Part shown: in pieces, positions 40,908 to 50,518 of the stretch
Numbering within the stretch: position 1 is the first letter of the stretch
How the letters are laid out: each line of letters begins with the position of its first letter
From: Armatimonadota bacterium
GTDB taxonomy: Bacteria; Sysuimicrobiota; Sysuimicrobiia; Sysuimicrobiales; Sysuimicrobiaceae
Direction: 5' to 3'
Length of the DNA: 64,000 nt
Assembly (NCBI GenBank): GCA_025059775.1
Contig: JANXCW010000006.1
Location: forward strand, 22,361-86,360
Translations under genes and position numbers: made by a program
The notes under the pieces: model-generated
What the model saw: only the letters and a program-made list of their open reading frames with translations
Databases searched by the model: none
Told to the model about the DNA's origin: nothing

Positions 40908-41051
40908 TCAGGCATCCTCCGGATCCACCCACTCCTCCTCCGGAGGCTCGAAAACGTGCCCGCAGCGAGGACACCGCACCTGCTCGCCTTCTTCTGTGGG
41001 GGTCGTACGGAGGATGGGTGCGCCGCAGTGGGGGCAGGGGATGCGCACCAA
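40908..41051 (-). CDS. Unannotated 47-aa zinc-ribbon protein MVRIPCPHCGAPILRTTPTEEGEQVRCPRCGHVFEPPEEEWVDPEDA
   Basis: Two CPxCG motifs. TTG/GTG start immediately after the sigH stop. It fills the sigH-moaA gap almost exactly. Confidence 0.8.
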   Translation of the reverse strand: MVRIPCPHCGAPILRTTPTEEGEQVRCPRCGHVFEPPEEEWVDPEDA

Positions 41052-41052
41052 G

Positions 41053-41694
41053 CTAGTCGTCCTGCTCCAGGTTCTTCTCCAGCTTGCGCTTCACCCGCTG
41101 GAGGGCGTTGTCGATGGACTTCACATGCCGCCGCAGTTCCGCGGCCATCTCCTGATAGGACTTGCCCTCCAGGTACGCGGTGAGGACCTGATGCTCCAGC
41201 TCGCTGAGGTTACGCCGGATCCTGTCCCGCATCCGGGCGGAGGTCTCCCGATTGATGACCAGCTCCTCAGGGTCCGCCACCTTCATGCCGCTGATCACGT
41301 CGAGGAGCGTGCGATCCGAGTCCTCGTCGTAGATGGGCTTGTTGAGGGAGATGTAGGAGTTGAGCGGGATGTGCTTCTGGCGGGTTGCGGTTTTGATGGC
41401 GGTGATGATCTGGCGGGTGATGCACAGTTCCGCAAAAGCCCGGAAAGAGCTGAGCTTGTCGCGCCGAAAATCCCGGATGGCCTTGTAAAGCCCAATCATC
41501 CCTTCCTGGATGATATCTTCCCGGTCAGCCCCTACCAGGAAGTAGGCCTTGGCCTTCACGCGGACGAAGTTCCGGTACTTGTTGATCAGGTATTCTGAAG
41601 CCCGATCATCCCCCCGTTTCGCCGCCTCCACCAGATCCTCATCGAGCATCTCCGTATAGCAGGATGAAGTGGCTTCCTTTCGGGCAACCGCCAC
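41053..41694 (-). CDS. sigH: RNA polymerase sigma factor SigH (Spo0H-type)
   Basis: EDIIQEGMIGLYKAIRDF, AIKTATRQKHIPLNSYISL, KSIDNALQRVKRK. GTG start follows GGAGG. Confidence 0.95.
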   Translation of the reverse strand: MAVARKEATSSCYTEMLDEDLVEAAKRGDDRASEYLINKYRNFVRVKAKAYFLVGADREDIIQEGMIGLYKAIRDFRRDKLSSFRAFAELCITRQIITAIKTATRQKHIPLNSYISLNKPIYDEDSDRTLLDVISGMKVADPEELVINRETSARMRDRIRRNLSELEHQVLTAYLEGKSYQEMAAELRRHVKSIDNALQRVKRKLEKNLEQDD

Positions 41695-41746
41695 ACGCGC
41701 CTCCACGGATTCGGACTGCTCGAGCGATTGGCTTCGGGCCGCTGTC

Positions 41747-41776
41747 ATTATAGGGAGCCTCGATGGGAAGGGTCAA
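41747..41776 (-). promoter_or_regulatory. Sigma70-type promoter of sigH
   Basis: TTGACC, 18-nt spacer, TATAAT on the minus strand. Confidence 0.75.
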
Positions 41777-43134
41777 GGTGAACGCGGCGCCCGGGCGAGG
41801 GATCGGACGCCCATCTTCACCGTAGCCGGGATGGGGCGGTAGAAGGAGCGGGCCACCACCTCCCGCCGCACCACCCTGCCCCCTTCCCGCACGACGCGCC
41901 AGGTGGTGGCTCGGAAGCCAGGTCTCGGCGGCAGGACCTTCACCACGCCCTCCGGAAGCTCCGGATCCGCCCGCACTACCCATCCCTCGGGCGGGGGAAG
42001 GCGCACCACATCCGTAACGAGGATCTCGACCTGCCGATCGGGGGGCCTGCGGCCGTAAAACCGAACTCGCAGCTCCCCGTTCCGCACCTCCGCCCAAAGT
42101 AGGAGCGGCGGGTCGTCGTTCCGGAAGACCAGGTCCACCGATCCGTAGACCACGGTGGCATCCCGGCCGATGGGGAGGTACCCCACGGGAATGCTGTGGT
42201 TGGTGCGGCTGAGGATGGTGAGCCCTGCCAGGAGGGCCGCGTTGAAGAGGGTGCTGGATACTTGGCAGACGCCGCCACCGTCCCCGGGGACGAACTCGTC
42301 GTTGAGGATCACCGGCGCGGGCCGGAAGCTCCGGGCCGGGGTGCGGGGCCCTACGACCGCATTGAAGGAGAAGACCTCTCCGGTACGCAGCAGGCGGCCC
42401 CGAAGCAGCCGCGCGGTGAGGAGGATGTTGTGGGTGCGATCCGGGTCTGGGGTGATCCGGGTGCGGAACTCCGCCACCACCTCCCGGATCCCCAAAGCCG
42501 CGGCTCCCTCCGTGGTCAGACGCGGCCGGATCACCCGAAGCGGAAGATCCACCACATCCCGGCCCTCGACCACCGCCCGGACCAACCGTTGCCGCGCCGC
42601 GGCCTCGTCCAGGGCAACGCCATCTTGGCTGGGGAGGATCCGAACCCCCTGGTCATCCACCCAGAACCGGGCGTCCCGGGGGGATCTGTAGACCGCGCGC
42701 GCGGCTTCGCGGAGGAAGGCTTCCAGCCGTTCTGGCTGCCTCCGGATCGGGATTCGGAGCACCACGGGCCTGCGCCACAACCGCCAGCGAGCCTGCATCC
42801 GGTCCATGAGGCTGCCGGTGCGCCCCACGGCGTACGCTTCCCGCAGTACAGAGGCAAGGTCGGGGGTGAACCCGAGCTCCTGCGGAGTCCGCCGCCACAT
42901 CCAGATCTGCCCCGGAGGGGAGACACGCACGGAGAGGGGACGGCGGAACCGGGCGTCCGTCCGGTTCCGCAGCAGCATCCTCGCCTCTCCCACGGCCTTC
43001 CCGCCCACGGGCACGTCTTGCACCCACACACCGGGAAGGATGCGGCCCGCGAACTGAAGTTCCTGCGCCGCGTAGGCCACGGGGATGGCCCCCGTGACCG
43101 CGAGCAGGATCACGGCACCCCACCGCGCCCGCAC
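41773..43134 (-). CDS. VanW family protein with peptidoglycan-binding and G5-like domains (YoaR-like)
   Basis: N-terminal TM, R..NI, FSFN.VVGPR, GGGVCQVSSTLFNA, GRDATV..G..DL.F.N. Confidence 0.9.
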   Translation of the reverse strand: MRARWGAVILLAVTGAIPVAYAAQELQFAGRILPGVWVQDVPVGGKAVGEARMLLRNRTDARFRRPLSVRVSPPGQIWMWRRTPQELGFTPDLASVLREAYAVGRTGSLMDRMQARWRLWRRPVVLRIPIRRQPERLEAFLREAARAVYRSPRDARFWVDDQGVRILPSQDGVALDEAAARQRLVRAVVEGRDVVDLPLRVIRPRLTTEGAAALGIREVVAEFRTRITPDPDRTHNILLTARLLRGRLLRTGEVFSFNAVVGPRTPARSFRPAPVILNDEFVPGDGGGVCQVSSTLFNAALLAGLTILSRTNHSIPVGYLPIGRDATVVYGSVDLVFRNDDPPLLLWAEVRNGELRVRFYGRRPPDRQVEILVTDVVRLPPPEGWVVRADPELPEGVVKVLPPRPGFRATTWRVVREGGRVVRREVVARSFYRPIPATVKMGVRSLARAPRSP

Positions 43135-43141
43135 CGCCCGC

Positions 43142-43936
43142 TCACCCTCTGGCGTTTTCCCCCCGGCAGGGGGCCTGCGGGAGCGCCCCGGCACGCCGCA
43201 GGCTCCGGACCACTTCGTAGAGCAGGATGCCCGCAGCCACCGAAGCGTTCAAGGAGGAGACCCTGCCATACATGGGGATGCACACCAGCCGGTCGCACCG
43301 CTCCCGCACGAGCCGGCTCACGCCCGTGCCCTCCCCTCCGACCACCAGGGCAATGGGTGGACGCAGATCCACCTGGTCGTAGGGATCCCCTTCCAGGTGG
43401 GCGGCCACTACGGAGATTCCCCAGTCTTTACACGCCTCCACCGCCCGCGGGAGATTGGGGACCACGGCCACGGGGAGATATGCCACCGCGCCCGCAGAGG
43501 CCTTTGCCACCGCAGGGGTTAGGCCCACGGATCGGTGCTTGGGGATCACCGCACCATGCGCGCCCGCAGCTTCCGCGGTCCGGAGGATGGCCCCGAGGTT
43601 GCGGGGATCCTGAACGGAGTCCAGGAGGACGAGGAAGGCCTGGCCCTGCGCGCACGCCCGGTCCAAGAGGTCCTCGAGCGCCATGGGGGGCACGACGTGG
43701 GCGAAGGCTATGACTCCCTGGTGCGTGCCTGTCTGAGAGAGGGCGTCCAGGTGGCGGGGATCCACGAACTGCACAGGGATCCCGCGGGACCGGGCTTCCG
43801 CCACGATACGGGCCACGCTCCCGCTGAGGCGGGCGGTACGGGAGATCTGGATCTTCCGGAGCGGCTTTCCCGCCCGCAGGGCCTCCAGAACCGGATTCCG
43901 CCCTTCCAGCTGTACAGCCGCCTTGCCAGCCGACAT
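43142..43936 (-). CDS. rlmB: 23S rRNA Gm2251 methyltransferase
   Basis: GRNPV.EAL, HQG, DPRNLGAI.R, GGEG.G, SLNASVA. Confidence 0.94.
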   Translation of the reverse strand: MSAGKAAVQLEGRNPVLEALRAGKPLRKIQISRTARLSGSVARIVAEARSRGIPVQFVDPRHLDALSQTGTHQGVIAFAHVVPPMALEDLLDRACAQGQAFLVLLDSVQDPRNLGAILRTAEAAGAHGAVIPKHRSVGLTPAVAKASAGAVAYLPVAVVPNLPRAVEACKDWGISVVAAHLEGDPYDQVDLRPPIALVVGGEGTGVSRLVRERCDRLVCIPMYGRVSSLNASVAAGILLYEVVRSLRRAGALPQAPCRGENARG

Positions 43937-45474
43937 CACTCCTCCGCGCGATCCCGGAGTCGCCAGCGGCTTCCGCCCGGGAAGTCCTCCACCACCACCC
44001 CGATCTCCGCGAGGCGCTGGCGGATCCGGTCTGCCACGGCGAAATCGCGCCGCTCCCTGGCCCGCTGCCGGACCTCCAGGATACGCTCCAGCACCTCCTC
44101 CGCACCCCCTTCCCCATCCACGTCCCGCAGGACCTCCTCCTCCGAGAGGAGCCGTCGCAGATCCTCCCCGAGCCGTTCCAGGGAAACCCGGCCTGCAAGC
44201 CGCAGGCCCAGTACGGAGGCAAGCTCCTGGAGCACGTCCCGTGCGTGCGACAGGGCGTCCGCGGCATCCTCGGGGATGCCCACTTCCGGGAGCCGCTTGC
44301 TCAGTCCGTCCGTGAGTCGGTTGATCTCCGCGGCGAGCGCATGGAGCTCCGCGATGGCCCGAGGGGTATCGAAATCGTCGTCCAGGGCCGCGCGGAAAGC
44401 CTCCCGCGCCCGATCCGCCCGCTCCCGAAGGATCACGGCCGCGGGGGAATCCCGACCGCTCGGCCGCGTACGCCGCAGGACGACCTCCACGGCCTCAAGC
44501 GCATTGCGCAGCCGCAGGGCCCCGCGGTCCGCGGCTTCCACCGCTTGCTCCTTCCACGTGAGGGGGCTGCGGTAGTGGCTGCTCAGGAAGAACAGGCGCA
44601 GCCCGTCCGGGGTGTAGCGCCGCAGGGCCTCCTCGATGGTGACCACATTGCCCAGGTGGCGGGTCATCTTCTCCTCGCTCTCCCCCGGGCGCAGGAGGGC
44701 ATTGTGGAGCCAGTACCGCACGAAGGGCCTGCGGCCCGTATAGGCCTCGCTCTGGGCGATCTCGTTCTCATGATGGGGGAAGATGACGTCCTCTCCGCCA
44801 CCGTGGATGTCGATCTGGGGCCCCAGGTGCTCTAGCACCATCGCGGAGCACTCGATGTGCCATCCGGGCAGTCCCTCTCCCCACGGGCTCGACCAGGAGG
44901 GCTCCCCGGGTTTCGCGCGGGTCCAGAGGGCGAAGTCCATGGGATGCTCCTTCCGGGGATCCACCGCCACCCGGGCACCCGCCAGCATCTCCTCGAGCCG
45001 CCGGCCCGAGAGCCTGCCATACTCCGGAAAGGCCCGGACCCGGTAGTACACGTCCCCGTCCACCACATACGCGAAGCCCCTCTCCAGCAGGCCCTGGATG
45101 ATCTCCAGGATCCTCGGGATGGTCTGGGTGGCGCGGGGGTAGTGGTGGGCCCGAAGCACGTTGAGCCGGTCCATCTCCCGGTGGAACCGCACGATGTACT
45201 CCTCCGCGATCTCCCCGACGGTCCGTCCCTCCTCTCGGGCCCGGGCGATGATACGATCCTCCACATCCGTGAAGTTCTGGACGTGGCGCACGCGGTATCC
45301 AGACCACTCCAGGTGCCGGCGTACTACGTCGAAGAAGACGTAGCTGAGGGCATGTCCCACGTGTGCGGGACCGTAGAGGTTCACCCCGCAGACGTACATG
45401 CGCACCTCCGGAGGGTCCATCGGCTTAAACCGCTCCTTGCGGCGGGTCATGGTGTTGGTCACGTGCAAGGCCAC
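43936..45474 (-). CDS. cysS: Cysteine-tRNA ligase
   Basis: MYVCG, HVGH, NFTDVED, DFALW, PGWHIECSAM, DIHGGG, FPHHENE.AQ, DDDFDTP. Confidence 0.94.
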   Translation of the reverse strand: MALHVTNTMTRRKERFKPMDPPEVRMYVCGVNLYGPAHVGHALSYVFFDVVRRHLEWSGYRVRHVQNFTDVEDRIIARAREEGRTVGEIAEEYIVRFHREMDRLNVLRAHHYPRATQTIPRILEIIQGLLERGFAYVVDGDVYYRVRAFPEYGRLSGRRLEEMLAGARVAVDPRKEHPMDFALWTRAKPGEPSWSSPWGEGLPGWHIECSAMVLEHLGPQIDIHGGGEDVIFPHHENEIAQSEAYTGRRPFVRYWLHNALLRPGESEEKMTRHLGNVVTIEEALRRYTPDGLRLFFLSSHYRSPLTWKEQAVEAADRGALRLRNALEAVEVVLRRTRPSGRDSPAAVILRERADRAREAFRAALDDDFDTPRAIAELHALAAEINRLTDGLSKRLPEVGIPEDAADALSHARDVLQELASVLGLRLAGRVSLERLGEDLRRLLSEEEVLRDVDGEGGAEEVLERILEVRQRARERRDFAVADRIRQRLAEIGVVVEDFPGGSRWRLRDRAEE

Positions 45475-45491
45475 GGTTCCCTCCTCCGCGG

Positions 45492-45977
45492 TCAGAGTGG
45501 CTCCAGCAGTACCACCGCGAAAGCCTGGATCCCTTCTCCCTGCCCCACCGCCCCCAGTCCCTCCGCGGTGGTGACCTGAATTCCCACGTCCTCCACCGCT
45601 AGGTCGAGCGCCTCCGCTAGGTGGGCACGCATGCGGGCCACGTACGGCCGGAGCCGGGGGGCCTCCGCCATGATCACCGTAGAGACCTGGGCCACCCGGT
45701 AGTCCCGCGCCTCCACCCACTCCCGAACCTCCTGCAGCAGGTCCAGGCTGCGGGCGTCTCGGTACCGCTCGTCTCCCGGGGGAAAGTGGGTGCCGATGTC
45801 CGGAAGACCCAAAGCTCCTAGGACCGCGTCCATGATGGCGTGCACGAGCACGTCCCCGTCGCTCCACCCCGCCAGCCCCCGCTCGGAGGGGATCTCCACC
45901 CCTCCGAGCACGAGCCGGCGTCCGGCTTCCAGGGGATGTATGTCCACCCCGATCCCTATCCGAATCCCTCGTGCCAC
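45492..45977 (-). CDS. ispF: 2-C-methyl-D-erythritol 2,4-cyclodiphosphate synthase
   Basis: GIGVDIH, SDGDVLVHAI.DA, DIG.HFP, TT.EGLG. Confidence 0.94.
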   Translation of the reverse strand: MARGIRIGIGVDIHPLEAGRRLVLGGVEIPSERGLAGWSDGDVLVHAIMDAVLGALGLPDIGTHFPPGDERYRDARSLDLLQEVREWVEARDYRVAQVSTVIMAEAPRLRPYVARMRAHLAEALDLAVEDVGIQVTTAEGLGAVGQGEGIQAFAVVLLEPL

Positions 45978-46645
45978 CGAAGCAACGCCTCCGCCACCCA
46001 CAGGTCCTCCCGCGTGGTGATCTTCAGGTTTCGGACGCTGCCCGGAACCACGCGGACCGGATACCCGAGGCGCTCCACCAGCACCGCGTCGTCCGTCCCG
46101 TAGAATCCTTCCTGCCGGGCCCGGGCGTGGGCGGCCCGCAGGAGCTCTGCCCGAAAGCCCTGGGGCGTCTGCACGGTCCAGATCTCCGTGCGGTCCACGG
46201 TCTGCTCCACGAGCCCTCCCCGCACGCGTTTGAGGGTGTCGTGTACGGGGAGAGCCGGTACCGCGGCCCCGTACTCCGCCGCGGCCCAGATCACCCGCTC
46301 GATGAGCGCTTCCTCCACAAGCGGCCTTGCCCCGTCGTGCACCAGCACCACCTCGGTGTCCCGCAGCGCCTCCAGGCCCCGGTGGACGGAATCCTGGCGT
46401 TGCGCGCCCCCCGCCACCACCGTGTGTACCTTGGAGAGGCCGCACCGCTGGATCCACGTGCGCATGGCCTCCAAGCCTCCCTCCGGAGCTACCACCACCA
46501 CCTCCGTCACACATGGACAGCGCTGGAAGGGAAGCACGGCCCGGACCGCGAGGGGAAGACCTGCCAGCATCACCAGGGGCTTCGGCTCCTCCATTCCCAG
46601 GCGGTTCCCCCGACCTGCGGCGGCGATGATGGCTCCCACGCGCAC
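45956..46645 (-). CDS. ispD: 2-C-methyl-D-erythritol 4-phosphate cytidylyltransferase
   Basis: AAAGRG.R, GGA.RQDSV, VHDGARP, QTPQGF, TDD, N.KIT..EDL. Confidence 0.95.
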   Translation of the reverse strand: MRVGAIIAAAGRGNRLGMEEPKPLVMLAGLPLAVRAVLPFQRCPCVTEVVVVAPEGGLEAMRTWIQRCGLSKVHTVVAGGAQRQDSVHRGLEALRDTEVVLVHDGARPLVEEALIERVIWAAAEYGAAVPALPVHDTLKRVRGGLVEQTVDRTEIWTVQTPQGFRAELLRAAHARARQEGFYGTDDAVLVERLGYPVRVVPGSVRNLKITTREDLWVAEALLRWHEGFG

Positions 46646-46655
46646 CGCCCCTCCC

Positions 46656-47726
46656 CTACCCCGTACTCCGCCGCAGGTCCTCCTCCTGCTTGGGACGGGC
46701 GAAGATCATGCGGCCCGCGGAGGTCTGGAGCACGCTGGTGACCACCACCTCGGAGGTCGTACCGATCCACCGCTTGCCCCCCTCCACGACGATCATGGTT
46801 CCGTCCTCCAGGTACCCCACGCCCTGCCCCGGTTCCCTTCCTTCCCGCACCAGGTGCACCGTGAGCTCCTCCCCGGGCAGCACCACGGGCCGCAGGGCGT
46901 TGCTGAGATCGTTCACGTTCAGCACCCGCACCCCCTGCAGTTCCGCGATCCTGCCCAGGTTGAAGTCCGTGGTCACGATTCCAGCCCGGTGGGCCTTCGC
47001 GAGTCGCACAAGCCGCTCGTCCACCTCCCCCGGACCCTCATCCTCCACCACCTGGACCGCCTGCAGCTCCGCCTGGAGCCGCCCCAGGATCTCCAGACCT
47101 CGCCGGCCCCGGTTCCGGCGCAGGGGATCCGGGGAGTCCGCGATGGCCTGCAGCTCCCGCAGTACGGAGCGAGGCACGAGAATGGGTCCCTCCAGGAACC
47201 CCGCGCGCACCACGTCCGCGATGCGGCCATCAATGATGGCGCTGGTATCGAGGATCTTGGCGGTCCCCCGGCGCCTCGTGGACCGCTCCCACAGGGTGAT
47301 GAGCTCTTCCCGCCGCAGCTGCGCGAAGTGCCACCCGAGATACCCGAGCACCAGAAGGGCCGCCAACCGCAGGTATCCTCCAATCACGGGGATTCCGGAG
47401 AGCAGATACCCGATGGGGGTGGCGAGCAGCAGCCCCGCACTCAGGCCCACCAACCCCACCGTCAACTCCCGCACGGGCATGCGGTGGAGCCAGGCGAGCA
47501 CCCCGGTCATGGCCCGGACGAACCGCCGCCACAGGGGCTGGGCCACGGCGGCCCCCACCGCGGCACCCACCACCCCTCCCAGCAGCTGGACGCCGAACCG
47601 ATGCCAGCCGTTCCAACCGGCTCCCACCAGGGGGAGGAGGGCCTGCACGGCCTGGAAGCCCACCGCGGCCCCCAGCAGGGCTCCCCCGGTCCGGGTAATG
47701 CGTGCCACTACCTCCACCGATGCCAT
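46656..47726 (-). CDS. Membrane PIN/TRAM-domain protein (YacL-like)
   Basis: Four TM segments, ILDTSAIIDGRI, RGRRGL, TTDFNL, QGVGYLEDGTMIVVE. Confidence 0.93.
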   Translation of the reverse strand: MASVEVVARITRTGGALLGAAVGFQAVQALLPLVGAGWNGWHRFGVQLLGGVVGAAVGAAVAQPLWRRFVRAMTGVLAWLHRMPVRELTVGLVGLSAGLLLATPIGYLLSGIPVIGGYLRLAALLVLGYLGWHFAQLRREELITLWERSTRRRGTAKILDTSAIIDGRIADVVRAGFLEGPILVPRSVLRELQAIADSPDPLRRNRGRRGLEILGRLQAELQAVQVVEDEGPGEVDERLVRLAKAHRAGIVTTDFNLGRIAELQGVRVLNVNDLSNALRPVVLPGEELTVHLVREGREPGQGVGYLEDGTMIVVEGGKRWIGTTSEVVVTSVLQTSAGRMIFARPKQEEDLRRSTG

Positions 47727-47776
47727 GTTCCAAGCCAGTATAGTGTTCCACGAACGGGAGGTGCCACGGGGGAGGG

Positions 47777-49108
47777 CTAGAGGAGTCCCAGGGCCTCCTC
47801 CACGGTCCCCACGGTCACAACCTCGATGCCGGGATCCCCCCCGGTCACGGAGCCCGCGCGGGGCACCACCATACGCCGGAACCCCAGCTTCGCCGCCTCC
47901 AGGAGGCGACGGCCAAGCTGCGGAATTCCTCGGATCTCGCCGCCGAGTCCCACCTCGCCGCAGAAAACGGTGTGCGGGTCCAGAGGTCGGTCCCGGTAGG
48001 AGGAGGCCACGGCCAGCAGCACTCCGAGGTCCACCGCGGGTTCCTCCACGCGGACGCCGCCCGCGGCGTTCACGTACACGTCGCACCCCCCGAGGTGAAA
48101 CCCCGCTCGCTTCTCCAGCACCGCCAACAACAGGAGCAGTCGATTGTGGTCGAGCCCTGAGGTCGCCCGGCGAGGAGTGCCGAACACCGTGGAACTCACG
48201 AGGGCTTGCACCTCCACGAGGAGCGGCCGGGTTCCCTCCAGCACGCACACCACCGCGGTTCCCGCCGCGTCCGGCGGTCGGTCTCCGAGAAAGACGGTGG
48301 AGGGATTGGGGACCTCCCGCAGTCCCTCCGGGTGCATCTCGAAGACCCCGATCTCGTTGGTGGAGCCGAACCGGTTCTTCTGTGCCCGCAGAATGCGGTA
48401 TGCCTGGTGCCGTTCGCCCTCGAAGTACAGCACCGTATCCACCGTGTGCTCCAGCACCCGGGGGCCCGCGAGGGTTCCCTCCTTCGTGACGTGCCCTATC
48501 AGCAGTACTGCAATTCCCTCCGTCTTCGCGAGCTGCAACAGGGCCGCGGCGCACTCCCGTACCTGCCCCACGCTCCCCGGAGCGCTTCCCAGTTCCCGCC
48601 GGTAGACGGTCTGGATGCTGTCCACCACCAGGAGCGCGGGCCGGAGGCGGCGGGCTACCTCCAGCACCGTTTCCAACTCCGTCTCCGCCAGCAGCAGGAT
48701 CCCCCGCGAGTCCGCTCCGATGCGGTCCGCGCGCATCTTCGTCTGCTGCACGGATTCCTCGCCCGAGACGTACAGCACCGTGCGACCGTGCACGGCCAGC
48801 CGCTGCGCCATCATGAGCGCCAAGGTGCTCTTCCCGATTCCGGGATCCCCCCCGACCAACACCAAGGAGCCGGGCACAATCCCGCCTCCTAGCACCCGGT
48901 CCAGCTCCCCGATCCCCGTCACGAGCCGGGTCTCCGGGAGCGGCCGAACGTCCGGGAGTGCGATGGGCTCCGCGGCGCGCGCCGCCCATGGGCGGCGCGG
49001 CAAGTCCGGCTCCTCCACCAGGGTGCCCCACCCCTCACACCCGGGGCACCGGCCCAGCCACTTCCCGGAGGCAAACCCGCAGGCCTGGCAGACGTACCGG
49101 ACTCCCAC
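47777..49108 (-). CDS. radA: DNA repair protein RadA/Sms
   Basis: C..CG...W.G.CP.C zinc finger, GDPGIGKST, KNRFG, Lon-like C-terminal domain. GTG start follows AAGGAG. Confidence 0.96.
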   Translation of the reverse strand: MGVRYVCQACGFASGKWLGRCPGCEGWGTLVEEPDLPRRPWAARAAEPIALPDVRPLPETRLVTGIGELDRVLGGGIVPGSLVLVGGDPGIGKSTLALMMAQRLAVHGRTVLYVSGEESVQQTKMRADRIGADSRGILLLAETELETVLEVARRLRPALLVVDSIQTVYRRELGSAPGSVGQVRECAAALLQLAKTEGIAVLLIGHVTKEGTLAGPRVLEHTVDTVLYFEGERHQAYRILRAQKNRFGSTNEIGVFEMHPEGLREVPNPSTVFLGDRPPDAAGTAVVCVLEGTRPLLVEVQALVSSTVFGTPRRATSGLDHNRLLLLLAVLEKRAGFHLGGCDVYVNAAGGVRVEEPAVDLGVLLAVASSYRDRPLDPHTVFCGEVGLGGEIRGIPQLGRRLLEAAKLGFRRMVVPRAGSVTGGDPGIEVVTVGTVEEALGLL

Positions 49109-49122
49109 ATCCGACTCCTTTG

Positions 49123-49136
49123 CGAACATTTGTTTG
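49123..49136. promoter_or_regulatory. LexA (Cheo/DinR-type) SOS box upstream of radA
   Basis: CGAACATTTGTTTG lies between the -10 (TAGCAT, 49142-47 on minus) and the radA RBS. TTGATC -35 at 49166-71. Confidence 0.75.
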
Positions 49137-49289
49137 CAACCATGCTACCATCGGGGGGTCGCCGGGATCAACCGCTTGGGGTACGCCAGGGCAAACGGTA
49201 CGGAGGCGGCGCGTTCCTGCACGGGGGCAGAGCCCCCCTCGCGGGCCGGGGTGGCGGGAAGGTGGTGGGAGGTGCTCCGATGCGGATAC

Positions 49290-50507
49290 CTACGGGAGCT
49301 CCTCCAGGTTGAAGGCCCGGTGCAGGGCCCGTACGGCCCGGGGGACGCTCGCGGCGTCAATCACGCAGGAGATCTTGATCTCGGAGGTACTGATCATCTG
49401 GATGTTGATCTGCTCCGCCGCGAGCGCTCCGAACATGGTGGCCGCCACCCCGGGGTTGCTGACCATTCCCGCTCCCACCACGGATACCTTGGCCACGCCC
49501 TCCTCCCCCTCCACCCGCGTGGCGCCCAGTTCCCGGGCTACCTGCTCCGCGGCTTCCAGGGCGGTTCGGGCATCCTGGCGGCTCACGGTGAAGGAGATAT
49601 CCGCCCGCCCCCCCCGGCTTGCGGTCTGCACGATCATGTCTACGTTGATGTGGGCCTCCGCCAGCACGCTGAAGAGCCGGTGTGCTACCCCGGGGACATC
49701 CGGCAGGTCCTGGACTGTGATCTTGCACACGTTGAGGTCATGGGTGACCGCATTCACCACCCGCACGGGTTCCATGGCTTCCTCCCCGATGAGGGTCCCT
49801 TCTTCCTCCTCAAAGGTGCTCCGCACGTGCAGCCGCACCCGGTGGAGCTTCGCGTACTCCGCGGCCCGGGTCTGGAGCACCACCGCGCCGCTGCTGGCCA
49901 TCTCCAGCATCTCGTCGTAGGTCAAGTACCGCAGCTTGCAGGCCTCTGGCACGAGACGTGGGTCCGCGGTGTAGACCCCGGATACATCCGTGTAGATTTC
50001 GCACACATCGGCCCCCAAGGCCGCCGCGATGGCCACCGCGGTGGTGTCCGACCCTCCTCGGCCCAGGGTGGTGAGTTCCCCCGAAGCCGTCACGCCCTGG
50101 AAGCCCGCCACCACCGGGATACGGCCCCGACTCAGCTCGTCCAGCAGCCGTCCGCGCTCCACCTCCAGGATCCGGGCCCGGGTGTGCACGGGCTCCGTGA
50201 GGATGCGCACCTGCCAGCCCAGCAGCGAGGTGGCCGCCTCCCCCTCCGCGTGCAGGGCCATGGCCAGCAGCGCCACGGAGATCTGCTCGCCCACTGCCAG
50301 GAGCATATCGAGCTCCCGGGGCGCGGGGCGCTCCGCCATCTCGTGGGCCCGTGCCAGCAGCTCGTCGGTAGTGTCTCCCGGCGCGGACACCACCACCACC
50401 ACCTGATTCCCTGCCCGCCGGGTGCGGACGATCCGGCGTGCCACGTGTCGCATGCGTTCCGGAGTCGCCACGGAGGTCCCGCCGTACTTCTGGACGATGA
50501 GAGCCAC
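49290..50507 (-). CDS. lysC: Aspartate kinase with two ACT domains
   Basis: [42 protein letters not shown]. Confidence 0.94.
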   Translation of the reverse strand: MALIVQKYGGTSVATPERMRHVARRIVRTRRAGNQVVVVVSAPGDTTDELLARAHEMAERPAPRELDMLLAVGEQISVALLAMALHAEGEAATSLLGWQVRILTEPVHTRARILEVERGRLLDELSRGRIPVVAGFQGVTASGELTTLGRGGSDTTAVAIAAALGADVCEIYTDVSGVYTADPRLVPEACKLRYLTYDEMLEMASSGAVVLQTRAAEYAKLHRVRLHVRSTFEEEEGTLIGEEAMEPVRVVNAVTHDLNVCKITVQDLPDVPGVAHRLFSVLAEAHINVDMIVQTASRGGRADISFTVSRQDARTALEAAEQVARELGATRVEGEEGVAKVSVVGAGMVSNPGVAATMFGALAAEQINIQMISTSEIKISCVIDAASVPRAVRALHRAFNLEELP

Positions 50508-50518
50508 CTCTTCCTCCG

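Noticed and set aside
40908..41051. Calling the small zinc-ribbon protein LysW
   Set aside because: It lacks the C-terminal EDWGE and there are no lysX/argX genes nearby.
41053..41694. sigH (with GerMN and yabE-like genes) as evidence of sporulation
   Set aside because: These families also occur in non-sporulating bacteria, and no sporulation-specific genes are in the window.
49175..49290. GGGCAAAC-containing GC-rich spacer considered as a c-di-GMP-I riboswitch
   Set aside because: It lacks the GAAA tetraloop and GACGCAAA elements, and it is on the opposite strand from the neighbouring genes.
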